The notes beneath the pieces were generated by a model, which saw only the letters and a list, made by a program, of their open reading frames with translations, did no database searches and had not been told where the DNA came from. A stretch of DNA of 47,611 nt from Escherichia phage vB_EcoS_swi2. The translations under genes and the position numbers were made by a program. Of the stretch, positions 11,080 through 19,216 are shown one piece after another. The stretch lies in the sequence record NC_054649.1. One strand, 5' to 3'. Each line of letters begins with the position of its first letter. Within the stretch, counting starts at the first letter, position 1.

Positions 11080-11796
11080 TCAGGATACAGTGCAAGCTGT
11101 ACTGATGATAATTTCAGGGTCAGTAGATGAATCAGTCACTGTAACGGTATATACGCCAGCCGTAGGACTTGCCAGCGATGCGCCTGATTCACCACCAACA
11201 ACTACGCCATCTTTGCGCCACACGTAAGTGTAAGGAGAGATGCCACCTTCAACAACAACCGTTAACGGGCTTCCAGTCGTGCCAGTTGGTTGCAGGTCAG
11301 TAGTGAACTTCAGAGGCTCAAGGCTTTCGACGGTAACGCTGTCAGAATCATACACCTTAAACTCAAGGCTTCCGGTAACGATGTCGTTAGTGCCGCCTTC
11401 GTAGCTGATGCTGGTGATGTTGCAGTACGCGGTAACGATAGTCGCACCAGTCACCTCGCGAACCCACAAGGAAGGCTGGCGACGAGCTTTCAGTTCAGTG
11501 GTGTAAATCTCGACCAGACGATGGAAGCCAAACTCATCGCTCGGGTCATTCTTGCGGATTTCCACTTCTGCGCTGATGGTCATATCAGAGCTGGTAACGA
11601 GAGTGGAAACAAAGCCGCCAGCGGTATCAGCTTCAGACGTGGTAGTCTGCGGTGAGTAGTCAACACCCTTACTGGTGGTTGAGCCTAAATACTTCCAGTC
11701 TTCTGCCTCCGGAACTGCGTCACCGCATCCTTCAGCAAGGAACAGTCGAGTCATACGACCGACCAGAACGCCCTTATCATTTGCACAAATAGCCAT
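11080..11796 (-). CDS. Major tail protein with C-terminal Ig-like domain
   Basis: 238 aa, position at head of tail operon, C-terminal segment TVVVEGGISPYTYVWRKDGVVVGG...GVYTVTVTDSS resembles Big_2-type Ig domain as in lambda V. Confidence 0.6.
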   Translation of the reverse strand: MAICANDKGVLVGRMTRLFLAEGCGDAVPEAEDWKYLGSTTSKGVDYSPQTTTSEADTAGGFVSTLVTSSDMTISAEVEIRKNDPSDEFGFHRLVEIYTTELKARRQPSLWVREVTGATIVTAYCNITSISYEGGTNDIVTGSLEFKVYDSDSVTVESLEPLKFTTDLQPTGTTGSPLTVVVEGGISPYTYVWRKDGVVVGGESGASLASPTAGVYTVTVTDSSTDPEIIISTACTVS

Positions 11797-11831
11797 TTCG
11801 ATCTCCGAATTGTGTTAGCTGCTAACGTGGT

Positions 11832-11840
11832 GATTATATC
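11832..11840 (-). promoter_or_regulatory. Extended -10 promoter element (TGnTATAAT) on minus strand upstream of major tail gene
   Basis: Minus-strand TGATATAAT about 35 nt upstream of ATG 11796. Confidence 0.35.
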
Positions 11841-11847
11841 ACAGGTG

Positions 11848-11876
11848 TTGACAGTGATTATTTTGTGGTGTAGATT
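11848..11876 (+). promoter_or_regulatory. Sigma70-type promoter TTGACA-N17-TAGATT driving the noncoding/tRNA region
   Basis: -35 TTGACA 11848-11853, spacer ends gtggtg, -10 TAGATT 11871-11876; no plus-strand ORF follows, tRNA lies downstream. Confidence 0.5.
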
Positions 11877-12344
11877 GTATTTCAGATAGTTTTCGTGAGC
11901 GACTTTGCGGACTTTTTAGAAACTGATCACAAAGATAAATGCAAACGAAGAAATGTATCTGGCCGTAGCTTAACAGCTAAACACAAGTGAGGTATTCCAG
12001 TTCCTCATCAACGAATCTTGCGCACTGGCCCGGTGTGATTAATAATGGGCACACAACGGAAAGAGCATTACTGGTGACGGAGACTAGCGATTAGCTATAT
12101 GCGAAAGTTCTAGAAGCCAAGGCGGTTCGACTCCGCAAGTGCTCTTTCCGGTGTGGTGAATGCGCAGGCTGATGCGCGCAGGAGAGCTTCGGAAGAACAA
12201 GGTGCCTGTATACAAGCCGGAGATCAGCACCGGCCACCACAATACTTAACATCCAGCATTATCGCAATCATATGTAGGGGTATGTATGGGTTACGGGGCT
12301 GGATGTTAAGAAAGCACGCTGGCAATGCTTAAACCAGCACTTAT

Positions 12345-12421
12345 GGACGCGTAGCTTAATTGGTTAAAGCAACCGACTCATAATCGGCTGATTGAAGGTT
12401 CAAATCCGTCCGTGTCCACCA
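12345..12421 (+). tRNA. tRNA-Met (anticodon CAT; could alternatively be Ile2-type)
   Basis: Acceptor GGACGCG pairs with CGTGTCC, D-stem GCTT/AAGC, anticodon loop CTCATAA, T-loop TTCAAAT, 3-prime CCA encoded; terminator follows. Confidence 0.75.
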
Positions 12422-12427
12422 AATTAA

Positions 12428-12452
12428 AAGCCGCTTTATGCGGCTTTATTTA
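12428..12452. terminator. Terminator hairpin after tRNA
   Basis: gccgc tttat gcggc followed by tttatttatttc. Confidence 0.55.
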
Positions 12453-12866
12453 TTTCACGACCCGTAAAAGCAACTCATGCACAGGACGTTTTTCTTCCGT
12501 CAGCATTGGCCTACCAAGTGGCGCTTGCAACTGGATGTAGTTAACGCATGAATCAATCGGATGCGTCTTGATGTATTCGATAATCTCCAGCGCCTTCGCA
12601 TCAACATCAGCAACGTTGTACTGGCCTTGCTTGCCAACAACATACAGCGAGAAATAGAAGTCACCGCCGAGTCCATCCATCACCTGCGTGCCACCATTGG
12701 ATTGCAGAACAATAAATTGCTCACTTCCATCTCCGGTATCATTCCAGAACTGCAATTGCGAAGTCCAGCCATCATACAATCCGGCATCCTGAAGATATGC
12801 ATCAACCAGCTCAAGCATGTTCATATTAAACCCCAATATTGCAATATCGATGCACATATCATACAC
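12450..12866 (-). CDS. Putative tail completion / head-tail joining protein
   Basis: 138 aa ORF in neck-gene region between capsid and tail modules; function by position only. Confidence 0.35.
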   Translation of the reverse strand: MYDMCIDIAILGFNMNMLELVDAYLQDAGLYDGWTSQLQFWNDTGDGSEQFIVLQSNGGTQVMDGLGGDFYFSLYVVGKQGQYNVADVDAKALEIIEYIKTHPIDSCVNYIQLQAPLGRPMLTEEKRPVHELLLRVVK

Positions 12867-12994
12867 TACCTATGTCACGTAGGCGTGGAACCCGAAACGA
12901 CACACAGGCAACAATGAATTTAACGCCCTTGTCAGTATGGTTTGTTGCAACCATGTTCCACCTGACAGGGGCGTTTCCCTTTTGGAGTGAGTAA

Positions 12995-13486
12995 ATGATT
13001 TCAGAGCGGGATTACATAGCAATCGCGTCAAGGGTTAAATACGACCCGATTACCGGATTGTTCACCTGGGCTGTAAGTTGCGGGAAAATATCAAAAGGTG
13101 ATATTGCAAATTATCACAACGACGCAGGATACATAACACTTGGGAAGAAAAGATTAAGGGCGCACCGAGTGGCTTGGTTTATCCATTATGGATATGTCCC
13201 TGAGCATGAAATTGATCACATAAACAATATTCGTGATGACAATAGAATTTCAAACCTGAGGGAGGCCAGTGACTGCGAGAACGCAAGGAACACAAAGATA
13301 TCTAAATCAAACACGTCTGGATATAAAGGAGTTCATTTTTGCAAGTACACGGGAAAATGGAGAGCCACGGTAAAGATGCATGGGAAAAGCTATCATCTTG
13401 GTAGGTTTTCAGACAAAGAAGCCGCCCATAAAGCCTATTGCAAAAAAGTAGATGAACTGTTTTTGGAGTTCGCAAACCACGGCTAA
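12995..13486 (+). CDS. HNH homing endonuclease with C-terminal AP2 DNA-binding domain
   Basis: HNH_3-type motif AHRVAW...EIDHINNIRDDNRISNLR followed by AP2-like SGYKGVHF...GKWRATV...GKSYHLGRF; opposite strand to flanking structural genes; AT-rich. Confidence 0.8.
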   Translation: MISERDYIAIASRVKYDPITGLFTWAVSCGKISKGDIANYHNDAGYITLGKKRLRAHRVAWFIHYGYVPEHEIDHINNIRDDNRISNLREASDCENARNTKISKSNTSGYKGVHFCKYTGKWRATVKMHGKSYHLGRFSDKEAAHKAYCKKVDELFLEFANHG

Positions 13487-13944
13487 ATCTTCATTTCTTT
13501 TTTTATCACTGAATCAACGAGGCTGCGAGTTTTATCGGCAGCCTTTGTTAAGAATCTAGGTTCAGCATTAGGCGACCAGTACGTGCCATTACCATTACTG
13601 CGTGGTTTACCTGCAAGTTTACCGCTGGCATTGTGGACGTACAGCGCATATTTCGCAGAATAGCCAACCTTGCCAGTGATTCGCGTTCCGCTAACTTCCA
13701 CAGTATCAAACTGACTGTTAATCAGCGTTGATGTGTCAATTGGCGTCAACGTGGCTGATTCGGTGCGGATGATATATGTCGCTGACTTCAGAGCACGCAC
13801 CGCTTTTGTGGCGATTATCTCGTCCACAATCTGCGATGTTCTGGCGATGGCTTCGTTAATACCTTTGAGTTTGGCTGGCATGTTAGCACCACTCCATCCA
13901 TCCAAAGCATTTTTTGTATGCCCCACCACAGGATAAATCATCAC
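13483..13944 (-). CDS. Putative neck / head-tail connector protein (HK97 gp10-like)
   Basis: 153 aa ORF in head-tail joining region; family assignment tentative. Confidence 0.4.
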   Translation of the reverse strand: MMIYPVVGHTKNALDGWSGANMPAKLKGINEAIARTSQIVDEIIATKAVRALKSATYIIRTESATLTPIDTSTLINSQFDTVEVSGTRITGKVGYSAKYALYVHNASGKLAGKPRSNGNGTYWSPNAEPRFLTKAADKTRSLVDSVIKKEMKI

Positions 13945-14079
13945 TTTTTCTTGCGGCCTTGGATGCCTTTCTTTTCCAGTACCTGCCAGACGGTTTTACA
14001 TACGCACTAAACCAGATTCTTGAACCTGATTTGTTTCTGCTCTGTTTGTGGTTCTTGAGATTTAATTTTTCATCTTTCA

Positions 14080-14427
14080 TTATGTAATCAACGCAAAGTC
14101 AGGTGGCTCAGCGCGACTGAACGTATTGCCATAGTTAATCACATTCAGAATCTGGTTTGCGCCAGCCGACAGCGGGTCATCTTCTGTCACCGTGCCAATT
14201 ATGATGTAATCACCTACCTTAGCACCAGTGTATTCTGTCCAGAAAGTATTCTTCTGCACAATCTCATTACCTTTCGCGTCAGTCGATACATCATCGTTAA
14301 AGCCATAATCGCACATGATGCTTACTGGCGCATCAAAAGTTGGCTTGCCGTACTTGTCAGTGCCGCTTTTATGCCAGATGGTGCATGGTTGCGTATAGCT
14401 CCAGTTAGCCAGCGAAGTCATTTGCAT
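14080..14427 (-). CDS. Putative head-tail adaptor protein
   Basis: 115 aa ORF, overlapping-stop arrangement with neighbours in neck cluster. Confidence 0.35.
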   Translation of the reverse strand: MQMTSLANWSYTQPCTIWHKSGTDKYGKPTFDAPVSIMCDYGFNDDVSTDAKGNEIVQKNTFWTEYTGAKVGDYIIIGTVTEDDPLSAGANQILNVINYGNTFSRAEPPDFALIT

Positions 14428-14846
14428 TTACTCCCACGCACAACCGCAAACCACGGTTTACCGCTTCCATCAGGGTCTTCCACCAAATCGCCAGTGCATC
14501 CGGCTGTATCCAGTAGCTTCATCTGATTGTACAGCGCCACCCACGGCTTACTGCCATACGCGAATGATTGTGATGCGCCAGACGGTGCGCTCTGACTGGT
14601 AACGTAGCGACCAGCGGTATTTGCGCTAATCAGAATGGAAGCCCACAGCATGATCGCATTTTGTCGGCATTCATCGTTTGGATAGTTCAGCTCAAGGCAT
14701 TCACTGATTGATGCCACAAGACACAGAATGCCAGACGCATCCGTTGTGGTGATAGTCATCCCGCGCGATGCCATCTGACTAACCAGTTCTTCAGGTGTTG
14801 GTGCTGTCATTTCTCTTTGACTCCCGGACTTTCCACCACATTTCAA
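14418..14846 (-). CDS. Hypothetical structural protein
   Basis: 142 aa ORF in neck cluster. Confidence 0.35.
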   Translation of the reverse strand: MKCGGKSGSQREMTAPTPEELVSQMASRGMTITTTDASGILCLVASISECLELNYPNDECRQNAIMLWASILISANTAGRYVTSQSAPSGASQSFAYGSKPWVALYNQMKLLDTAGCTGDLVEDPDGSGKPWFAVVRGSKCK

Positions 14847-15075
14847 ACAGATTCTTTATTACCAGAGACAGAGCGCCGAGGATTGACGCTACTGCCGCCC
14901 ACTCCGTCAGGCTGTGTGGAATCATAGCCTCAAAATAAGACTGCGTGACAGGCGTTTGCTCTGCAACTTTCAGGCCAATGCCAGTACCAATAGAGGCATA
15001 TCCAGCCTTGTCAATCACCTGTCCTGTCGTTCCGCTTATAATCTGCTCTGCGACTTGCCTTAGTGCTCCGTTCAT
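14791..15075 (-). CDS. Hypothetical protein
   Basis: 94 aa ORF in neck cluster. Confidence 0.3.
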   Translation of the reverse strand: MNGALRQVAEQIISGTTGQVIDKAGYASIGTGIGLKVAEQTPVTQSYFEAMIPHSLTEWAAVASILGALSLVIKNLFEMWWKVRESKRNDSTNT

Positions 15076-15107
15076 TGTGTGTCTCGCTGATGATATGTTT
15101 CCAGCAC

Positions 15108-15548
15108 TTATAGATTTGAATCAGCGAAAAAACAATGGCGACCACGCCAAGAATAATGTCCAATTTCGCCGCCCCATTTAAAAGTGATGGAAAGGATGAA
15201 CAGATGGGTGCCGATAATAATAAATGCGTACTGCGCATGAAGCGGCGTTTCTACAGGCGTGATAAATTCCCATACGAATGACTCTATCGCTACCAGCCAT
15301 TCGTAAAGGCTCATCGTCAGCACGCAGAGAGCCATCTTTGTACTTTTGCGCAGTGCAATAGCCTGGAACAACCAGACCATAGACTGCGCAAGGTAATACA
15401 GATATTCGGCGGGAAATGAATCAACAAGCACCCATCCAAGATACACAGACATCACCATTGCCGGAATGAACACCAGAAACGCAACCATGCCCGTACAGGC
15501 GAAACCCAGCACATACATGATCATGATGGCAACGTCTGCGCCGAACAT
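15108..15548 (-). CDS. Integral membrane protein
   Basis: 146 aa with multiple hydrophobic helices. Confidence 0.4.
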   Translation of the reverse strand: MFGADVAIMIMYVLGFACTGMVAFLVFIPAMVMSVYLGWVLVDSFPAEYLYYLAQSMVWLFQAIALRKSTKMALCVLTMSLYEWLVAIESFVWEFITPVETPLHAQYAFIIIGTHLFILSITFKWGGEIGHYSWRGRHCFFADSNL

Positions 15549-15667
15549 TATTTCTTACCGCGCGATGGTGAGCTGGTGGAACCGTTTGGCTTCACTGCGC
15601 CAGTTTTGCCGCCAGTTTTAGTATTGCCAGTAGCGCGTGAACGAGACGGCGAATTGGTTGAACCCAT
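15549..15667 (-). CDS. Small basic Gly/Ser/Thr-rich protein
   Basis: 39 aa ORF (MGSTNSPSRSRATGNTKTGGKTGAVKPNGSTSSPSRGKK) with AGGAG RBS 5 nt upstream; stop overlaps next start (TAATG); not in ORF track because under 60 aa. Confidence 0.35.
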
Positions 15668-15713
15668 GTTTAAATCTCCTGTTGTTTGATTAGCATGATT
15701 TTAGCATATTACT

Positions 15714-15742
15714 GTTGACGTAGATTTGTGTGGAGTTTATAG
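15714..15742 (+). promoter_or_regulatory. Sigma70-type promoter TTGACG-N17-TATAGT
   Basis: TTGACGTAGATT then -10 TATAGT 15737-15742; second copy of GTGACGTAGAAAC motif just downstream. Confidence 0.55.
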
Positions 15743-15784
15743 TTAGTGACGTAGAAACAACAATAAATGTTAGAGGTGAGTGAT

Positions 15785-16093
15785 ATGAAAGATGAATTTA
15801 AAGGCACAAAAGGTCAGTGGACCAATCATTCTTTATTTACTGGTGAAGCGCGTACATCAATTTGGTCTGGTGATATTTATGTAGCAGAAGTAATGAGTGT
15901 TAGGGAGTCAGAATCGGTGAAGAAGGCTAACTCAAATATTATCGCTGCAGCGCCAGAATTACTCGAAGCACTTCGCCAGCTTCGCGATTATGTTGAGGAT
16001 GTTTGCGCAGTATCGTCTGATGATTGCCATGAGGAACACCCATTAAATCTGGCAAACAAAGCAATCAAGAAAGCATTAGGAAAGAAGCAATGA
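15785..16093 (+). CDS. Hypothetical protein, paralog of 28232..28525
   Basis: Shares EFKGT-G-W N-terminus and IAA-P-LL-AL-QL central motif with 28232..28525; GAGGTGA RBS. Confidence 0.5.
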   Translation: MKDEFKGTKGQWTNHSLFTGEARTSIWSGDIYVAEVMSVRESESVKKANSNIIAAAPELLEALRQLRDYVEDVCAVSSDDCHEEHPLNLANKAIKKALGKKQ

Positions 16094-16899
16094 AAACACT
16101 AAGCAAAATCTATTCAGACAAAGAAACGCGCAACGGTATCGCAGTCAACAAAACCTACCTCGTGCCAGTGGAGCAAATCTATCTGGAGCCGGGATACAAC
16201 ATCCGTGAAGCAGATGAGCAGCACGTTGAATATTTCGCACAGTGCTGGGAATCAGGTCAGCCACTGCCAGCATTAACAGTTATTCCTGACGAGAAGGGGA
16301 TACGCATTCTTGATGGTCAGCATCGCTATCTCGGCGCATTGCGTGCCATTGAGCGTGGCGCACCAATCGCTCGTATTGAGTGCAAGGATTTCACTGGCGA
16401 TGAGGCGGACAAAATTGCCTTCATGGTGTCATCCAGTCAGGGTAAGCAGCTTGACCCGTTTGAACGCGCAAAGGCTTACACACGACTGAAAGGCTTTGGC
16501 TGGACTAACGAGGAAATCGCCAAGAAGGTAGGTCGCTCAGTATCTGACGTGCAAATGCACCTGTCGCTGGGTGATGTTCCGGCCGAAGTAAAAGCACGCA
16601 TCAGTGCAGGACAAATCAGCTATGCAAACGCCGTAGCGGTAACGCGTGAGCATGGCGACGATGCGGTTAAAGTCATCGACGAGGCAGTAGAAGAAGCCAA
16701 AGCACAAGGTAAGGACAAGGTCACAGCGAAGGTGCTGAAGTCGAAAAAGATTAAGCCAGTAGACCGCCTGATTGAGCTGTTGAAGCAAGCAGATCACGTG
16801 ATTCTCCCTGCTGGTCATTTTGTGGCAGAGGATGAGGAATTTATCCAGATTCCTGTTGCTGATATTCACGAGGTCATGGCAATTCTGGAGAAGATGTGA
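16090..16899 (+). CDS. ParB-like N-terminal domain protein with HTH
   Basis: ILDGQHRYLGA motif (ParB/sulfiredoxin-type) and HTH-like WTNEEIAKKVGRSVSDV; ATGA overlap with upstream gene. Confidence 0.65.
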   Translation: MKTLSKIYSDKETRNGIAVNKTYLVPVEQIYLEPGYNIREADEQHVEYFAQCWESGQPLPALTVIPDEKGIRILDGQHRYLGALRAIERGAPIARIECKDFTGDEADKIAFMVSSSQGKQLDPFERAKAYTRLKGFGWTNEEIAKKVGRSVSDVQMHLSLGDVPAEVKARISAGQISYANAVAVTREHGDDAVKVIDEAVEEAKAQGKDKVTAKVLKSKKIKPVDRLIELLKQADHVILPAGHFVAEDEEFIQIPVADIHEVMAILEKM

Positions 16900-17102
16900 T
16901 GAATGAGCATGATGATAAATTAATTGCAGGATGGGGCGACCCATTACTGGCTAAGAAAGTTCACTATTTCCGTGATGGGAAGATTATCAGTGAATGTGGA
17001 AAGTGGATGTTTGGCGGTGAAAGAGAAGATATATCAGCATGGAAGCATGACGCAATATGCAAACAGTGTCTCAAGAAGTACGAGAAGATGGAGAAAATGT
17101 GA
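16896..17102 (+). CDS. Small Cys-containing hypothetical protein
   Basis: 68 aa ORF with C-x17-C-x2-C spacing, overlapping stops. Confidence 0.35.
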   Translation: MMNEHDDKLIAGWGDPLLAKKVHYFRDGKIISECGKWMFGGEREDISAWKHDAICKQCLKKYEKMEKM

Positions 17103-17353
17103 TGAGCAAGTATGAAAAACTTGATTCGATGATTATGGATATTCTTGATTTCAAAATTCCGACGCCATTCATGGCAATTCATTTTTCTGATGGCATCCAT
17201 AGTGGCATATACGCAGAGTGTGAAAAGCTGGCAACAAAACCACATGAGGGATTTCGAGTCCTTGATCGCCGACTTCAGGCGTTGCGAAAGAAAGGTCTCA
17301 TCTTATCGCATGGAGCAAGTAAAGGATGGGTGAAGATAAATCATGAACGCTGA
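17102..17353 (+). CDS. Hypothetical protein
   Basis: ATG overlapping upstream stop. Confidence 0.35.
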   Translation: MSKYEKLDSMIMDILDFKIPTPFMAIHFSDGIHSGIYAECEKLATKPHEGFRVLDRRLQALRKKGLILSHGASKGWVKINHER

Positions 17354-17516
17354 ACAATTCATCGAAAAACAACTTCGCGCCAAGCTGCCTGACATCGACC
17401 AGATGGCAATTGATGCGGCGATTCAGTACTACAAGCGCAATCAGAGCGCTAAGAAGGGCGGCATTTTTGAAGAATGCCTGAAGGTTGCAAAACAGCACAT
17501 GATTAAGGTGAAGTGA
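17343..17516 (+). CDS. Small hypothetical protein
   Basis: 57 aa ORF not in track; stop overlaps start of next gene. Confidence 0.3.
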   Translation: MNAEQFIEKQLRAKLPDIDQMAIDAAIQYYKRNQSAKKGGIFEECLKVAKQHMIKVK

Positions 17517-18052
17517 TGAAACTAAAAATCAGCAAATTATTACTTGAATCAGCATTAATCTTTCAGGCGCGCAATGATGTGCGATATTACCTGAATGGAA
17601 TCTGCTTTATGCCTGATGGTCGCATTGCCTCAACTGACGGTCATCGTGCGTTTATTGGTGGAAACCATGATAATAATCTGACAGAAAATGTGATTATCAA
17701 GATTGGCAAGTCACCAACAAAGCGTTATGAGCACGCCATCATTGATACAAAGTCGAAAATTGCAACGTATCATAATGAAGCTGGCGTGATGGTTGGCGCT
17801 GGTATCTGCGAAGAGATTGATGGTCGATTCCCTGACATTGACCGCGTGATACCAAAAGAAACAAAAGCAGCAGATGAAATTGGCTTCAATGCTGGCTATC
17901 TGGTTGATATCGAGAAAGCTGCGAAGCTGTTTAATCCTAAATTCTGTGGCGTCAAATTTGAACTGAAGGGAAATACAAATGCCGCAGTTTGCTGCCTTAG
18001 CGCGCCATCTGGCGAGACTGCGAAGATTGTTGTTATGCCGATGCGCCTGTAG
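17516..18052 (+). CDS. Truncated DNA polymerase III beta sliding clamp (DnaN) homolog
   Basis: 178 aa; NDVRYYLNGICF...TDGHRAF, DGRFPDIDRVIPK and C-terminal IVVMPMRL match E. coli DnaN domain II, the II-III linker and the extreme C-terminus; domain I is absent. Confidence 0.75.
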   Translation: MKLKISKLLLESALIFQARNDVRYYLNGICFMPDGRIASTDGHRAFIGGNHDNNLTENVIIKIGKSPTKRYEHAIIDTKSKIATYHNEAGVMVGAGICEEIDGRFPDIDRVIPKETKAADEIGFNAGYLVDIEKAAKLFNPKFCGVKFELKGNTNAAVCCLSAPSGETAKIVVMPMRL

Positions 18053-18056
18053 CAAT

Positions 18057-18085
18057 AAAAGCCCCTTTACGGGGCTTTTCTTTTA
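18057..18085. terminator. Bidirectional terminator hairpin
   Basis: aaaagcccc ttta cggggctttt plus T-run, between convergent genes. Confidence 0.6.
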
Positions 18086-18934
18086 TCACGCCAGATAAGT
18101 ATCATCCTCAAACCACGAGACATACGCATTGATATTCTGCACCGCAGTATCCAGTGATGTTATGCGAAGCAGATATGTGGTATTTGGTGCCATGATTATT
18201 TGCTCACCCAATCGAGCCTGCGAGTTACCCTGCCCCTGATTCGATGCATTCCCTTCGCTATACGTTGCTGCAACTGTCAGCTGTCCAATGTTTGTCACTG
18301 TAGAGCCAGTCAGCAGCTGTGCCGTAGCTGCCTGAGGCGTTATGTCGTTGGGATTATTAATCTCCGCAGCAGTACCGCCAGCGGCAACCGCGCCACGATA
18401 GATTGATGCTACGACACCTTTCCCTGTGTAACCAATAATCCGCTGGTTAAATATCACCTGTTTTGTTCCGGTGATAAAAACGCTGTCAAGGTTTGAGCCG
18501 CCAGCAACATCAGTCACCCTGCGCGATGCAGTAAACAGCTTGCCTTGCTTATTGGCGCGCTCAATATATGACTGTGTGGTAATGTCGCTTAACGCCACAT
18601 CAGGCTGAAGGTTTACTACCGATTGAGGAGACACGCCAGCGCGCCACACCGAAACGCGCAGCGAACTTACTGCTGCTGGCAATTCCGTTTTGATTATCTT
18701 CAGGCGCAGCGCTACGCCATAATAATTATTATTGTTGACGTCAATCCAGTAGTTGCCAGATTCAAATGGCGACACTTTCACTGATACGGTGCCACTGACA
18801 AGTGGTGTGTATGCGCCAGATGAATTAATCGGCATCACGTTAACCTGTAGTGCCGTCCAGTCAGCAGACATCAGCTCATCAAGTATCACCTCGCCATCTT
18901 CGCGCGTGGTGAATATGTCGTATCTTACAGCCAT
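18086..18934 (-). CDS. Hypothetical structural protein (capsid- or neck-associated)
   Basis: About 282 aa from first ATG (track ORF begins at alternative TTG 18946); downstream of major capsid gene. Confidence 0.4.
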   Translation of the reverse strand: MAVRYDIFTTREDGEVILDELMSADWTALQVNVMPINSSGAYTPLVSGTVSVKVSPFESGNYWIDVNNNNYYGVALRLKIIKTELPAAVSSLRVSVWRAGVSPQSVVNLQPDVALSDITTQSYIERANKQGKLFTASRRVTDVAGGSNLDSVFITGTKQVIFNQRIIGYTGKGVVASIYRGAVAAGGTAAEINNPNDITPQAATAQLLTGSTVTNIGQLTVAATYSEGNASNQGQGNSQARLGEQIIMAPNTTYLLRITSLDTAVQNINAYVSWFEDDTYLA

Positions 18935-18943
18935 AGAAACCCC

Positions 18944-18970
18944 CAATAAAAAACCCGCATTGTGCGGGTT
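18944..18970 (-). terminator. Minus-strand terminator/attenuator hairpin
   Basis: aacccgca / tgcgggtt stem followed on minus strand by TTTTATT. Confidence 0.45.
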
Positions 18971-18974
18971 CAGT

Positions 18975-19172
18975 TTACTCTGCTTTCTTTCTCTTTGTCG
19001 TCTTTTCTTGCGGGGTTGCGACTTCGAAAGACTTTTCCAGTTCTGGCATGATGCGCAGCTTTGGTAGCAGATGCTCGTCTGGTTCGGTAATCACCTCGCC
19101 AAGCTGCAACTCGCGAATCTTGCCTTTCTCCTTAACAAAGATTCCGCGTGCGATGACTTCGTATTTAGCCAT
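18975..19172 (-). CDS. Small hypothetical protein
   Basis: 65 aa ORF with GAGGTGA RBS. Confidence 0.4.
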   Translation of the reverse strand: MAKYEVIARGIFVKEKGKIRELQLGEVITEPDEHLLPKLRIMPELEKSFEVATPQEKTTKRKKAE

Positions 19173-19190
19173 TATTCACCTCAAATTCAT

Positions 19191-19216
19191 AAAGGGGCTT
19201 TCGCCCCTTTTTTTAT
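19191..19216. terminator. Hairpin immediately downstream of major capsid gene
   Basis: ggggc tttc gcccc with 7-T run on plus strand; weaker T-tract on minus strand. Confidence 0.45.

Noticed and set aside
12063-12145. Possible second tRNA
   Set aside because: T-arm and acceptor-like pairing are present but no D-arm or anticodon arm can be folded; kept only as a tRNA-like remnant in a finding.
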